The notes beneath the pieces were generated by a model, which saw nothing but the letters and a program-made list of their open reading frames with translations, did not search any database and had not been told where the DNA came from. A stretch of 37,722 nt of DNA from Pelomyxa schiedti. Its lineage: Eukaryota; Protista; Evosea. Below, piece after piece: positions 10,882-21,200 of this stretch. Within the stretch, counting starts at the first letter, position 1. The number at the start of each line of letters is the position of its first letter. The translations under genes were made by a program, and so were the position numbers. The stretch is from assembly GCA_020536535.1 (NCBI GenBank), contig JAHLWZ010000598.1, positions 1 to 37,722 of the forward strand. The letters are read 5' to 3'.

Positions 10882-12957
10882 TTAGAGAAGTGTGCAATTG
10901 GACTTGGTCCTGGTGCGGTTCACACAAAGTCTAATGGACTCGTGAATCAACTCAACGAGGCCTTCACGGGTGCGGGCACTGCATTCTGTTTTGTGTGTTA
11001 CTGTGCGGAAAAAAGAAGCCATAGTCTTACCCATGTATTTGACACATTTGAGGTCGCGGGCGAGTTTTACACCCTCTTCAAACGTGACAGGGTGTTGCCG
11101 CTTTCTGCTAAGAGTGGAAGTTATATTCGGGTCATTGCGGAGGTCCTTTTTGCAGCCGGCGAGGATAATAAGAGCATCTGATCGGATTGAGTGTTGACAG
11201 GAAAGTGAGTTAATGGCTACCTGGGCAGTGATGGTTGATTTCTGTCTTCCACTTGTCACGGCAGTTGTCAAGACTGCTAGGAGAAGAAATGGAAAAACAC
11301 AGAACGAATATGTCGGTCCCGGGATAGCCTATGGTGTGTATTAACTTTCATGAAGAGTTGTTCTTTTGCATACTGAGAGGTCGGAGGCGGTCATATTCCT
11401 CTGATGGAAATGAGACAAGTTAAACCTTGATTTGAAGAGGCAAAACACCTACCTTGTCCGGCTGTATCCCACAACTGGAATACAAGTTAGAAGATTTCAC
11501 AAGGTACGAGAAATACACACATTCAAGTTGTAAGATTTTCCTTCCAGGCTGATATTACAAGAGTAGTTGTCAAAAACAGTTGGAATATAATCCTCTGAAG
11601 AAGTGGCTTAGTAAAAATGTTCAAAGAGCGAATCAGCAAACCGGGAAAAGCATTCTGAGTGTATGATATCAAGAGGCATGTCTTGGAGGAATAGTGAGTA
11701 AAAAATTAACTGGGGAGATAGATACTTTGCCAACAGCACCGTCACCCACGATAACAAATTTCAGAGGTCTCAGAGAAGCAAATGAAGAATGACCAGCAGT
11801 TGGAGTTTTGTCTGTGGCTGCAGCCGAGGTGGTAGCAGTGGTAGTTGTCGTCGGCATAGTGTTGGGAACAGTTTTTGGTGGTGGAGTGGCTGGGACAATG
11901 AGTGCATAGAATGAGAAACAAGAAAACAACAAACCTGTTGGCTTTTCCCATGATGATTCCTTAGTGACAACATTTACATAGTATATCTGCTATTGTAAGA
12001 AGATTAAAATATGAAAGTAGGGCATACTCGACCCGTATTGGGATCAAATGATTCTTCCCAATCAGGAGGAAGATCTGACTGCGTTTCAGGTTGCTGCTGA
12101 GATAGTGATTTACTGCAGATGGGGCACTTGACATCGTCTGGTATTGCAGTAAAGCATTCTCTAATGAAGGGTGTTAATAGCGTAATCTCTTAAGTATCAA
12201 TATATTACTTGCAGGCAGTCCCCTTGCAAAATGGACACTCAAAAAGTAATGCAGATGGCTTGTGGCAGAATCCGCACATGTTCAGCCCAGTTTCAGTTGC
12301 TGGCGGCGTTACCGGTTCTTGAGGCGTAAGCTTTAAATTATTAGATTAATGAAAACACAAGCAAGTGACACACTGGCCTAAACCGAGGTGGTTTATCCCA
12401 CTGAGAAGCCCTAGTTATAACATTCACGTAGTAAATGCGACCAGAAGCTGCGTCCTCTCTCTCCTCCCATGCGTCGTCTACATTGTCAGGCTCCTGCTAG
12501 ACTTTTTAGAATAGTGTGAAACATATAATCAAACCTGCGGAGGGTTATCTGCAGCAAACAGCTGCAGTTGTAAGGCAGTCGCAAAAGCCGCAGCAGGAAG
12601 TGTTGGTTTGTCCCACTACACCAAAAAAGTATGAGGAAAGGTAAAAGAACAGAACAAACAAAAAAACCAAAAGAACATAAAAAAACAGAAAAAAAAAGGA
12701 AACGTAGTTTTGATTTTTGGTGTTAATTGACTGGGACGCCTCTACTATTGTTTCAGAATAAAAATCGATTTGTAATAATAATGACAATAGATTCTTCATA
12801 TTAAACACGGACACACAGCCACACGCACCTGAGATTTCTTAGTGATTAAATTAGCGTAGTATATCCTGCCCGAGCCGGCGTCGACTCGCTCGCCCCACCC
12901 CGGCGGCAGCGGCCCCCCTATTTCACCTCCACTCCCCGACAACGACTCAGTAGCCAT
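10882..12957 (-). CDS. WW-WW-C4C4 RING-like-WW-Rho/Rac GTPase fusion with CAAX
   Basis: WW1 LPPGWGERVDAGSGRIYYAN..SQ|WDKP; WW2 AWEEREDAASGRIYYVN..SQWDKP; CGFC-x9-CPFC-x4-CKEC-x9-CPIC; WW3 LPPDWEESFDPNTGR|IYYVN..SSWEKP; GDGAVGKT, YIPTVFDNY, LWDTAGQEEYDRLRPL, GCKKDLR, ECSAR, CTLL*. Confidence 0.85.
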
Positions 12958-13251
12958 ACTTGCTCTTAGTGTTGTTGTTGGTCTCAAAAAAAAATATATC
13001 ACAACGCCCCCCCGCCCCCCCCCTTAACACTGACTCGAAGTAATCAAAAGTGGATGATATATAGACACACGCGCACCGATGAATACAGATAGGTTGTTGT
13101 TCACAACGGCCAACGACTCCGCGACGTAGCCTGAATACCAACCGGGACCCCGACGATTTTTGTGTTTTTTTCTTCTTTTTGCGCCTCTCGTTTCAGATCG
13201 ACTTTCTGTGAAATCAACAAAAAAACAACTACGCGGAAGTGGGTCGTAAGG

Positions 13252-13342
13252 TGGCGGAATAAAATAATCAACGGACCGGAACGCTGTCATTTTCGTTATC
13301 GTCGCTCAGGATCGGCGGTCTGGTGTTTTTTTTATTCTGCCA
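13252..13342. repeat. Short palindromic (MITE-like or hairpin) element, copy 2
   Basis: TGGCGGAATAAAA...GGACC / GGTCTGG...TTTTATTCTGCCA inverted ends; core shared with 670-755. Confidence 0.65.
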
Positions 13343-13353
13343 GGTTTTTTCCT

Positions 13354-14592
13354 TCATTCGGCGGGGAGGACTACAGTAAGAACGGCCAGACTCTGCCCTG
13401 TAATTGCATCACCAATGGAAACTTCAGGAACAGTGGAATCAGACTCACTCTCGGATGAGGAGGACGTTGGTGTGGTGGGCTCAGGAACCTGGAAGACACA
13501 ATAGCTTGCTTTGGAAGTGGAGAACACCCCATCCATCGTCTCAAACTCATAACGGCACGAGGGCTGACTCAAGTCGGAGGAGACGCAATACACCTCGGAC
13601 ACTGTTGAGGAGGGTGTTCCACCTTGCGCAATGAGGTGTGCGGGCCACACCGTGAAAATTTTTGTTGAAGAGGGGAATGACCGGCTGTGGCCAGTCACGG
13701 TGTTGTAAACTGCTGGCTCCCCATGCTCACCTCTGTAGAGAATGAGGATTGTCCCTGGCGAGGACCAAACCAAGTCAAAGGGACTTGAGCAAGGAGGGAG
13801 AAAGAAACTCTTCTTGGACACCACCACTGTGACGCCAGCTTCGATGCTCTTCCCAAGGTCAACAAATGAAATCGACGACGAGCGCTGCTGCTGCTGCTGC
13901 TGCGCACCCTCATTCCCACCCACTTCCATTCCCACGAAAGCAATCACATCGCCACAAGGATCAAACGGAGAGAGCCTGACACCCTCGCCACTCAGCGGCA
14001 CAGTGCACCTCACGACGACGCCGCGGGACACCGGGACGCCATCGCTCATCCTCCACACAACAATCTTCCTCGGCGCGAGATTCTCCTGGGGCCTCACGAG
14101 CCTCACAAGCCACCTCTTGTTCCCGGCCCAGGACCCGAATCCATCGAGCTGCCTGTCGCCCTCCAGCGCCGCCGCCACCGCCCCGCCGCAGTCCACGATG
14201 CACGAACTCCCCAGGGAGGAGTCTTCCGCGAACCTGCCGGCGCCCACGCACTCCTGGACGGAGCCGAACCTGCGCTCGTCCCACTCGGTGAAGCGCCACC
14301 GACCCAGGCAGCCGCACGACACGACGCCGAGGGTCGCGCTCACGGCCACGAACACGTGGACGGCCAGGTCCTCGCCCGGCGGGAGCACGACGGTGGTGCC
14401 GAGCCACCTGGAGCGGGCGACGACCCAGTCGCGGCCGAACTGCTCGCGAGAGGCGCGGCTGTGGGACAGCAGCCGCGCGGGGCTCCCGCTCCCGCACCTC
14501 TCCAACCCCGAACACGCAAAAGCAACAAACTGCCATCTCGCGTCAATAACTGGCCGGACCCTAGCTGTTGGTTTCTTTGGGGTAAAAAACAT
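13354..14592 (-). CDS. Lineage-specific intronless 'ARxQF...CGxxSPAR' family protein
   Basis: Open ORF; ATG at 14592 (MFFTPKKPTARVRPVIDARWQFVAF...RCGSGSPARLL); beta-rich body. Confidence 0.8.
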   Translation of the reverse strand: MFFTPKKPTARVRPVIDARWQFVAFACSGLERCGSGSPARLLSHSRASREQFGRDWVVARSRWLGTTVVLPPGEDLAVHVFVAVSATLGVVSCGCLGRWRFTEWDERRFGSVQECVGAGRFAEDSSLGSSCIVDCGGAVAAALEGDRQLDGFGSWAGNKRWLVRLVRPQENLAPRKIVVWRMSDGVPVSRGVVVRCTVPLSGEGVRLSPFDPCGDVIAFVGMEVGGNEGAQQQQQQRSSSISFVDLGKSIEAGVTVVVSKKSFFLPPCSSPFDLVWSSPGTILILYRGEHGEPAVYNTVTGHSRSFPSSTKIFTVWPAHLIAQGGTPSSTVSEVYCVSSDLSQPSCRYEFETMDGVFSTSKASYCVFQVPEPTTPTSSSSESESDSTVPEVSIGDAITGQSLAVLTVVLPAE

Positions 14593-14789
14593 TTTTTGTT
14601 GAAAAAAAACAAAGTTGGGACTTTTCACACCAAAAACATCAAAATCGGCGAAAAAAGCGTGTGCCGTGTCGAGGGAGAAATTCTGGGTGTTGGGCCCTGT
14701 TGAGCACAACAAGGTGCAAATTCTGTCACCCTAATTCCTTGTTCTGCTCTCTTGTTGTGTTGAGGAACTGCACCAAAAGTCTCTCACTG

Positions 14790-15155
14790 ATGGATCCTGC
14801 ACTTTTATTGTGAAGAGGAACAGCAATGAAATTGTCCACTTTGCTGAGGGATCAAGTTCACCCAACATCATCAATTGTGATTGACGATGTGTTTCGGCTC
14901 TCTGACACACTGTTTGGTGTTTCCTGCTGGGCGAAAAATCATAAAGGATTATTCAAGCTCTATCACGGTGACAGTCCTGGACACATACTCCAATCAAGTC
15001 AGAAGAACGTCCATGTCACAGGACGATGTGATTCCAAGGCTTTACCTCAAGCAGTAAGAGCAAAAGTGGACCAGGCTGCCCCGGCCCCAGTTGCTCGAAA
15101 CAACAACCGCCTTCTCTGGTGGGAGAAGCTTCTCTTCAGAGAACCCGGGGTTTAG
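14790..15155 (+). pseudogene. Possible decayed fragment of the lineage-specific family
   Basis: RLSDTLFGVS resembles QLDDTMFCVS of the 34408 ORF; no complete gene visible. Confidence 0.3.
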
Positions 15156-15233
15156 TCTAATGTTTCTGAAGTACCATCTGCAGGTTTGTTGAAGAGCCAA
15201 CAGCGAAGCCGCGAAACAACAAAACAAGGCGAA

Positions 15234-16557
15234 ATGGCAGCCACATCTGGCGCATCAGTCCGCGATGCGTCTGGGGTTGTGTACCTCACTCCCCCGGTGC
15301 TAAAGCACAAGTGGAACTTGTGCATCACGTGCTGCAGGAATCTGCTGGCCGCGGACCTTAACGGAACAAGCGACCCCTACGTCATCATCCAGGACAAGAA
15401 GAAGAAACAAAGAACGAGTATAAAGGACAATGTAGGTTTTTGTTGTCAACGATTTAATCTGTTTTTTTTTGTTGTTGTTGTTGTTGTTTTTGTTTTTGTT
15501 TTAAAAAACGAGTGTGGCTGATGAATGAATTTAGACACTAAACCCGAATTTTATTGAGACGTTTAAAGTGCGTGGAACCACAGCGAAGCTCATTGTTATG
15601 GATCACGACACTGCGTCCCGTGATGATTTTCTTGGGATGGTTGAAGTAAACTTGGAAACGATGCAGGGGTGTCATGATGAGCAGCTGTTGGACGCAGACG
15701 GACATAACATTGGTCCACGGGGAACAATTCTTTTCTCTGTAGAATCCATGGCACCTGCTGTGATTCCAGGTATTTGCCATGAATTACTTGCAAATAATTT
15801 ACTTATTTTACAGCGTTCACATTCCACATTACCACGCATGGCCTTATTGCTCCAAATCGACCTGAGTTTCAGTTTGGAACTGGGGACTTCACCTTAGAGG
15901 CATTCTTCAGGATGACTCAAAGAGGACCACTGATTGCAAAGAAACCGACTGAGGGAGGCCCTAATAAAGGCGGATTTCTGCTGATGGTAGAAGATAATCG
16001 TATGTCTTTTGCCACCGATGACGGTTCAACATTCAGCTGTGCCGATACACAAGGTTCTACCACCTTCTTTCTTCATCAGATCACCTAATAGTTCTGATAG
16101 TTTCCATCGGTGACACGTGGCATCATGTTGCAGCTGTGCGCAAGGGAGCAAAGCTGAGGCTATATCTGGATCGGAATGAAGTGAAGTGCACTCGTACAGG
16201 GTATGCATTTGATATACATTCAATTACTGACACATTTGCAGGGCCAGTGACCGAGCACTAAATGTCAACAATTCTCACAACCTTATGCTTGGATGGACTG
16301 GTAACCAGATTCTTTTCATAATTGAGTGACTTCCAGAACTCATTTCAAAAATAGAACAGCAAGGCCAGAGCTTCAGGAACCTACAGGGAGAAATTGCAGA
16401 CATTCGCCTGTGGAATGTGGCCAGGAGTGGCAAGCTAGTGGGCTGTGAGCTTACAGTACCACAGGCTGGCCTAGTGGCCTGGTGGCAATTCGCCACCAAC
16501 AGCCTGGAAGACTCATCATTCAACCGCGTAACACTCCAGTGGCAGCGCCGTGACTGA
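15234..16557 (+). CDS. C2 domain plus LamG/concanavalin-A-like lectin domain protein, multi-exon
   Basis: C2: RNLLAADLNGTSDPYV...TLNPNFIETF...VMDHDTASRDDFLG; LamG: GDFTLEAF, WHHVAAVR, LRLYLD, GEIADIRLWNVAR, GLVAWWQF. Confidence 0.85.
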
Positions 16558-16673
16558 CACGAACCAATACCCCACCCACAGACTCAGGGACTGAAGCAGA
16601 TTCAGCGTTCAAAGGCCATATAATTAGATAAATAACAACCCCTTGTTTCGTGAGATGAACGAATGAGATTTTG

Positions 16674-16750
16674 GGAACCTACAGGAGAAATTGCAGACAT
16701 CCAGCTGTGGAACTGTGCCTGGAAGCAAAAGCAAGTGGGTTGTGAACATT
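16674..16750 (+). pseudogene. Degenerate duplicate of part of the last LamG exon (16376-16450)
   Basis: GGAACCTACAGG(G)AGAAATTGCAGACAT...CTGTGGAA...GTGGG.TGTGA repeated with indels. Confidence 0.65.
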
Positions 16751-16792
16751 GATTGTTCCTACTTGACAATAATGTGTCAGTCAAATCCATTT

Positions 16793-17885
16793 AAATTTAT
16801 GCCAAAAGATGGAATTTTACATTTTTCTTTGTTTGTTTATTGGACAGTTGTGTTGGAAGGGTGTCCATGATTGGCTTGATGATACAGAGAGAATTATTAA
16901 GAGCCCCCATTGCAGAAGCAACTGGTGTCCTTGGTGGGTTCAGGACTTGAGGTAGAACGAGGTATAATTATGTTTGAGTCTGGTGCCGGCTGGTGCCGTT
17001 GGTCATGGTCAAGTACGAACTTGACCAAGTGTTGTGTGGCTTGGTCAATCCCTTTGTTGTCTTTGGCGCTGGTGTGGTACCTAGTTGCGGTGATTAGAAA
17101 AAGACTATGTATTGTTTTCGGTTTACCAGCCGATAAATTTGTTGTCTGCAGCATATCTTTCCAGTTCGTCGGCTGACTTGCAGTAGGTTTCTTTGGGTAA
17201 ATCGCACTTTGTTTGCCGTTATTTTATCTTACATGCAATAGGGCAAATTGCCTTGTTGGCTAGCAATACAACGGGAATTGGTCTGTTGTCCGGTCCCCAT
17301 GTGACCTTACAAGCTTTTAACATGTTGGACACAAGGTCAAAAACAATAAGAAAATACCTTATCATCTATATCAGATTTCCATTGGGCTACAGCCTCGAAA
17401 GTGTTGGCTCGCCTGCTTAAATTTAGTTTTAAAAAAAGGAATTTACGATTATTACGTTATATCGAACACAATAAATGCTCCAACTGCTTCTCTATAGTAG
17501 ACCTTAGTGAAATTAGGTAATGAAAATACAAAGGAATTACAAACCCTAGTCATGTGACCAAATCTTTCTTGTCCTTGACGAAGTAAGCGTGCATTACTTA
17601 TGATTTAAGTATTTGATATGGTCATTTCATTTTATTTAACTACAAAAAACCTGCAATATCCCACAGCTGTAAACGAATTTCGGTGTGGTCGTCCCACCTC
17701 AGAACTTTAAGTGCGAAATCAACCCCAATCTGTTCAGTGTGTTAGAGTGCATTTGTACACATGGGTAGATAGAAGCCAAACTGTAGACTTATAGTGCATG
17801 GAGAAAATGCCATGGACCATTCTTTTAATGAGGCTCGTTTTCCCTAGTAAACAATATAATTAGTTCTCGCAGAGTCGAATAGCCT
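16793..17885. repeat. ~1.1 kb segmental duplication, copy B
   Basis: Near-identical to 3502-4587. Confidence 0.95.
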
Positions 17886-18084
17886 ACAACCTGCTCCAAT
17901 ATCCCCAACAACAAGAATTTTATACAGAAATTCCACATTCTCTTCTTCATTCTCCTGTGAAGGAAAACAGAAACAGGACAACAAGCAACGTGAGCTACAG
18001 AGATCTAGAGATCCAACATAACAAACATAGGAAAAAACAACAGACCATTCCAGTGTACTCCTCCTCCGTCGCCGGCGACGTCAT
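16897..18084 (-). CDS. Rab32/38-like small GTPase, complete, many small exons
   Basis: [35 protein letters not shown]; WDIAGQERF signature of Rab32/38/29; IGVDFALK; NKCD; TSAK; C-terminal CFCNGGS. Confidence 0.9.
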
Positions 18085-18299
18085 CTCCTTCGCTAGCCAC
18101 TATTTGTTTTCGTTAGATTGATGGCCTTCGTCGTTTCGCATCTCAGCAAGCCGTTTGTTGGGAGAGTGAGTGCATTGGACCTCCGTGAGACGATGCATAA
18201 GTTTGGCACTACTCCCCTGCCACGGCTTCCAGAATTCTTTTCAACTTGTCACCGGGCGATCAGAATGCAGAAGGAGAATTTGAAAAAAAAATAAACGAC

Positions 18300-21200
18300 A
18301 TGTCCAAACAACAACCGGACGAGGGCGAACCAACAAACCCCAAGCCCGGCGCGGTCCCACAATCACAGTCCGCCGGCCCGAGCGCCACCTCCACCGCGAC
18401 CACGACCAAACCCAGCGGCGCCGCGCCCCCCGGCGCCCCAACCGACGCACGGCCCCCAAATCCGACCGTTGCAACGGTTCCCGAACCGACGCCCACGCCC
18501 ACGCCGACGCGCTCAACGGCGCCAACCGCCACCGCAGCCGACGATGTAAATGCAACCGACTGGCGAGACCGAAGTAACGCGGTTGGTGTTGGCGTTGGTG
18601 CCGGAGAGGCCGGGGACGAGTACCCGTATTCGCTCCTCGCTGATAAGGACAACGGCGACGGCGGCGGAGCCTTCGACGCGGTGGTGCGCGGCATGGTTGT
18701 TGGCAACAGGCTGCTGAGCGGCCAGGGCGAGGACGAGGGAGACGAGGCCGACGAGGAGGTCAAGAGGCTCATCGCGCAGCAGGACCAGCTTGCGGAGGTG
18801 CCTCCTCCGGAAGAGCCTGGGATGACCCCGCCTGACCTCGACGACGAGGAGGTGCGGGCGGCAATTACCGCTGACTCTTCGAGGTACTTGGCAGAATTCA
18901 GGACGCAGCAGGAGAGTAACGCGCAGAGGGCACGTGAAGCCCCCCAGCGGGAGGGGCGGGAGCAACTTCATGCGCTGGCTGGAGGAGGATTGTTACCAAC
19001 TCCACCTGGTGGTTCAGTTCTGGTTCAGCTGCAACAGGCGAGACCTGAGCAGCCACAGCAAGTGCAGGCCCAACAGCCGGCGAGAGGAGCGCACTTTCCT
19101 GGGTTTGACGCAAATTCACCTACAGGTAATCCTGCACATATTAGGGAATGCTTCTTACACTTTTTATTTAGCGTCCGACGCTATGGGGACTGTGATGCAC
19201 ATGCTTGATATGGCCATTGAGGAAGTAACACCCCCTCTCGGGCCAGTCACGCAATCTACTTTGTTCAACAAGCCAAATTTTTCCCACGTTACCACGTTCC
19301 TCTCCGCCTTTCTGGATCAAGTTAATATGTCAGGGTACCTTATTTTCCCCACTCCCACCCCATTAAGCAGTTTAAGGTACCTCCCAGAATACTTAGTTGA
19401 ACCCGCTATACAATTCTTTCGCAAAGTGGCCACTTTGCTAGTTTATGTTTTAGAGATGCAACCACCACAAATGGACTTTCCTGGAGTTGCGAGATTGTTT
19501 GGTCATTTATTTGATACGAAGGCTAAACTGCACACGAATTGCAACGTTTATGTCCCAGGCCACATGTCAACAAAAGTGGATCCTCCTTTTGCTCTCCCCA
19601 ACGTACCTGCCACCACTCCATCCCTCACATCTAACTTTTGCCAGCCAGATATGTCGTCATGGTACTCAGAAATCATGATTGAGATTGTCAACTTCTTTGG
19701 TAGTTTAGACGGCTTTACCAAGTTGTTCCGGGCTGTGTGTGATACAACATCTTTTTCTCTGGGCTCAATGACAGCTGCAGTGACTTCCTTACAAAAGGTG
19801 GGCACACTGTAGTCTCCAACTGTGTTTACCATCCACAGATAAATCGGGGTCAGTACTTCTCACCTAGGTTAAAAAAAATGGTGGCAGAAGAAATTCCCAA
19901 AATAGTTATCAAGTTGAATTCAACAAGCAATATTGAGCTCAGCATAACCTCGGTTGAAGCTCTGCATCACATGTTTCACGCCGTGTACAAATTAATGCTT
20001 GTGGTACGTGCTATCAGACTTTCTATGAGATTCTGAGTAAGGACACAGAATACTTCTTCAGAAGAGAGTGCACAAACTTGCGAACCCTTATTCTTGAACT
20101 TTGCCCACAAGTGTTTAATGAGTCAGCACCCACAATTAACAATCTATGGATTGTGCTCATTATCCAATATGGTTTCGGCATTAAAGGTGCAAAGTCTTCA
20201 AATCTTCCTTTCTAACCACAACAGGGAAACGCCAACTCCAACATGAGGACTGCACATCACACACCATATAACTCTGTTCCTGTGATACCAAAACACCGCG
20301 CACCGTACCATCTCACAATCCATTCCATGGCTTCATGGGTTGTGGAGCATTCCATTTTCTCTATGGTCGTGGACAATATTACTTTGTACCTCTCAAACTA
20401 CAATGCGAAGTACAAGCATGTTCAAGATTCAGCACATTGTCCACAGTGTGCTCCAAATGAAATTGCCAAACTTGAATGTGAGCTGAATTATGTTGAGGAG
20501 TCTCTAGGGTTTATGGTGGAGTTGCTTGCTGAAGCTCACTTGTTAGACATTGGGCATGTGGACATACTTTTTGATATCTTCTCTGTGTGTACCTACCTGT
20601 TTTCTTGTGAAACCAACGTAACTTGTAGAAGAAGATCTCAGAACAGTTCCTTCCGCAAGTCATCGGTACTGTTGTAAAAAGGTCGTATTTACTTTCTAGA
20701 GAGATTGTAGACGCAATTTTTGCCAAAGTAGTTATACCACTCGACTTTTATTTGCAACCCTAAATGCACAAAGAATACTTCAGAGTCCCCAGTATTACCT
20801 TGGCTTCAATTCACAGCTCAAATTTGCCAACGATCCCGTAATACCTCCCATATGGTACGAAATCGTCCCGTACCCCATTAACTCCAATTACAGCAAACAG
20901 CAACAGACCTATTCCTGCGTATATTGCTTTCTGGTCCCACAAACTTAAATGATATGATAGTTAACACACTTTCACAACTTACTGTGGACCCAATGATGAC
21001 ATACTGCAGGTTTTCCTTGTTCCACAGGTTTTCTTAATCATGAATAGGTTACACTGGCTAACGGCCTTGATTGAGCAAATCCAGAATAAAAAGTGTGTCC
21101 TTCACTGCTACAAACTCATCACAGATATTATCAGTATGGTACTCGTCCAGCTACCATGTATTAACCTTGAAAAGAGTCCTATCAAGTAGAAAGTCCCTTT

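Noticed and set aside
10882-11857. Stand-alone Rac gene starting at 11857
   Set aside because: The frame is open upstream into the WW3 exon, and the WW exons have no stop of their own
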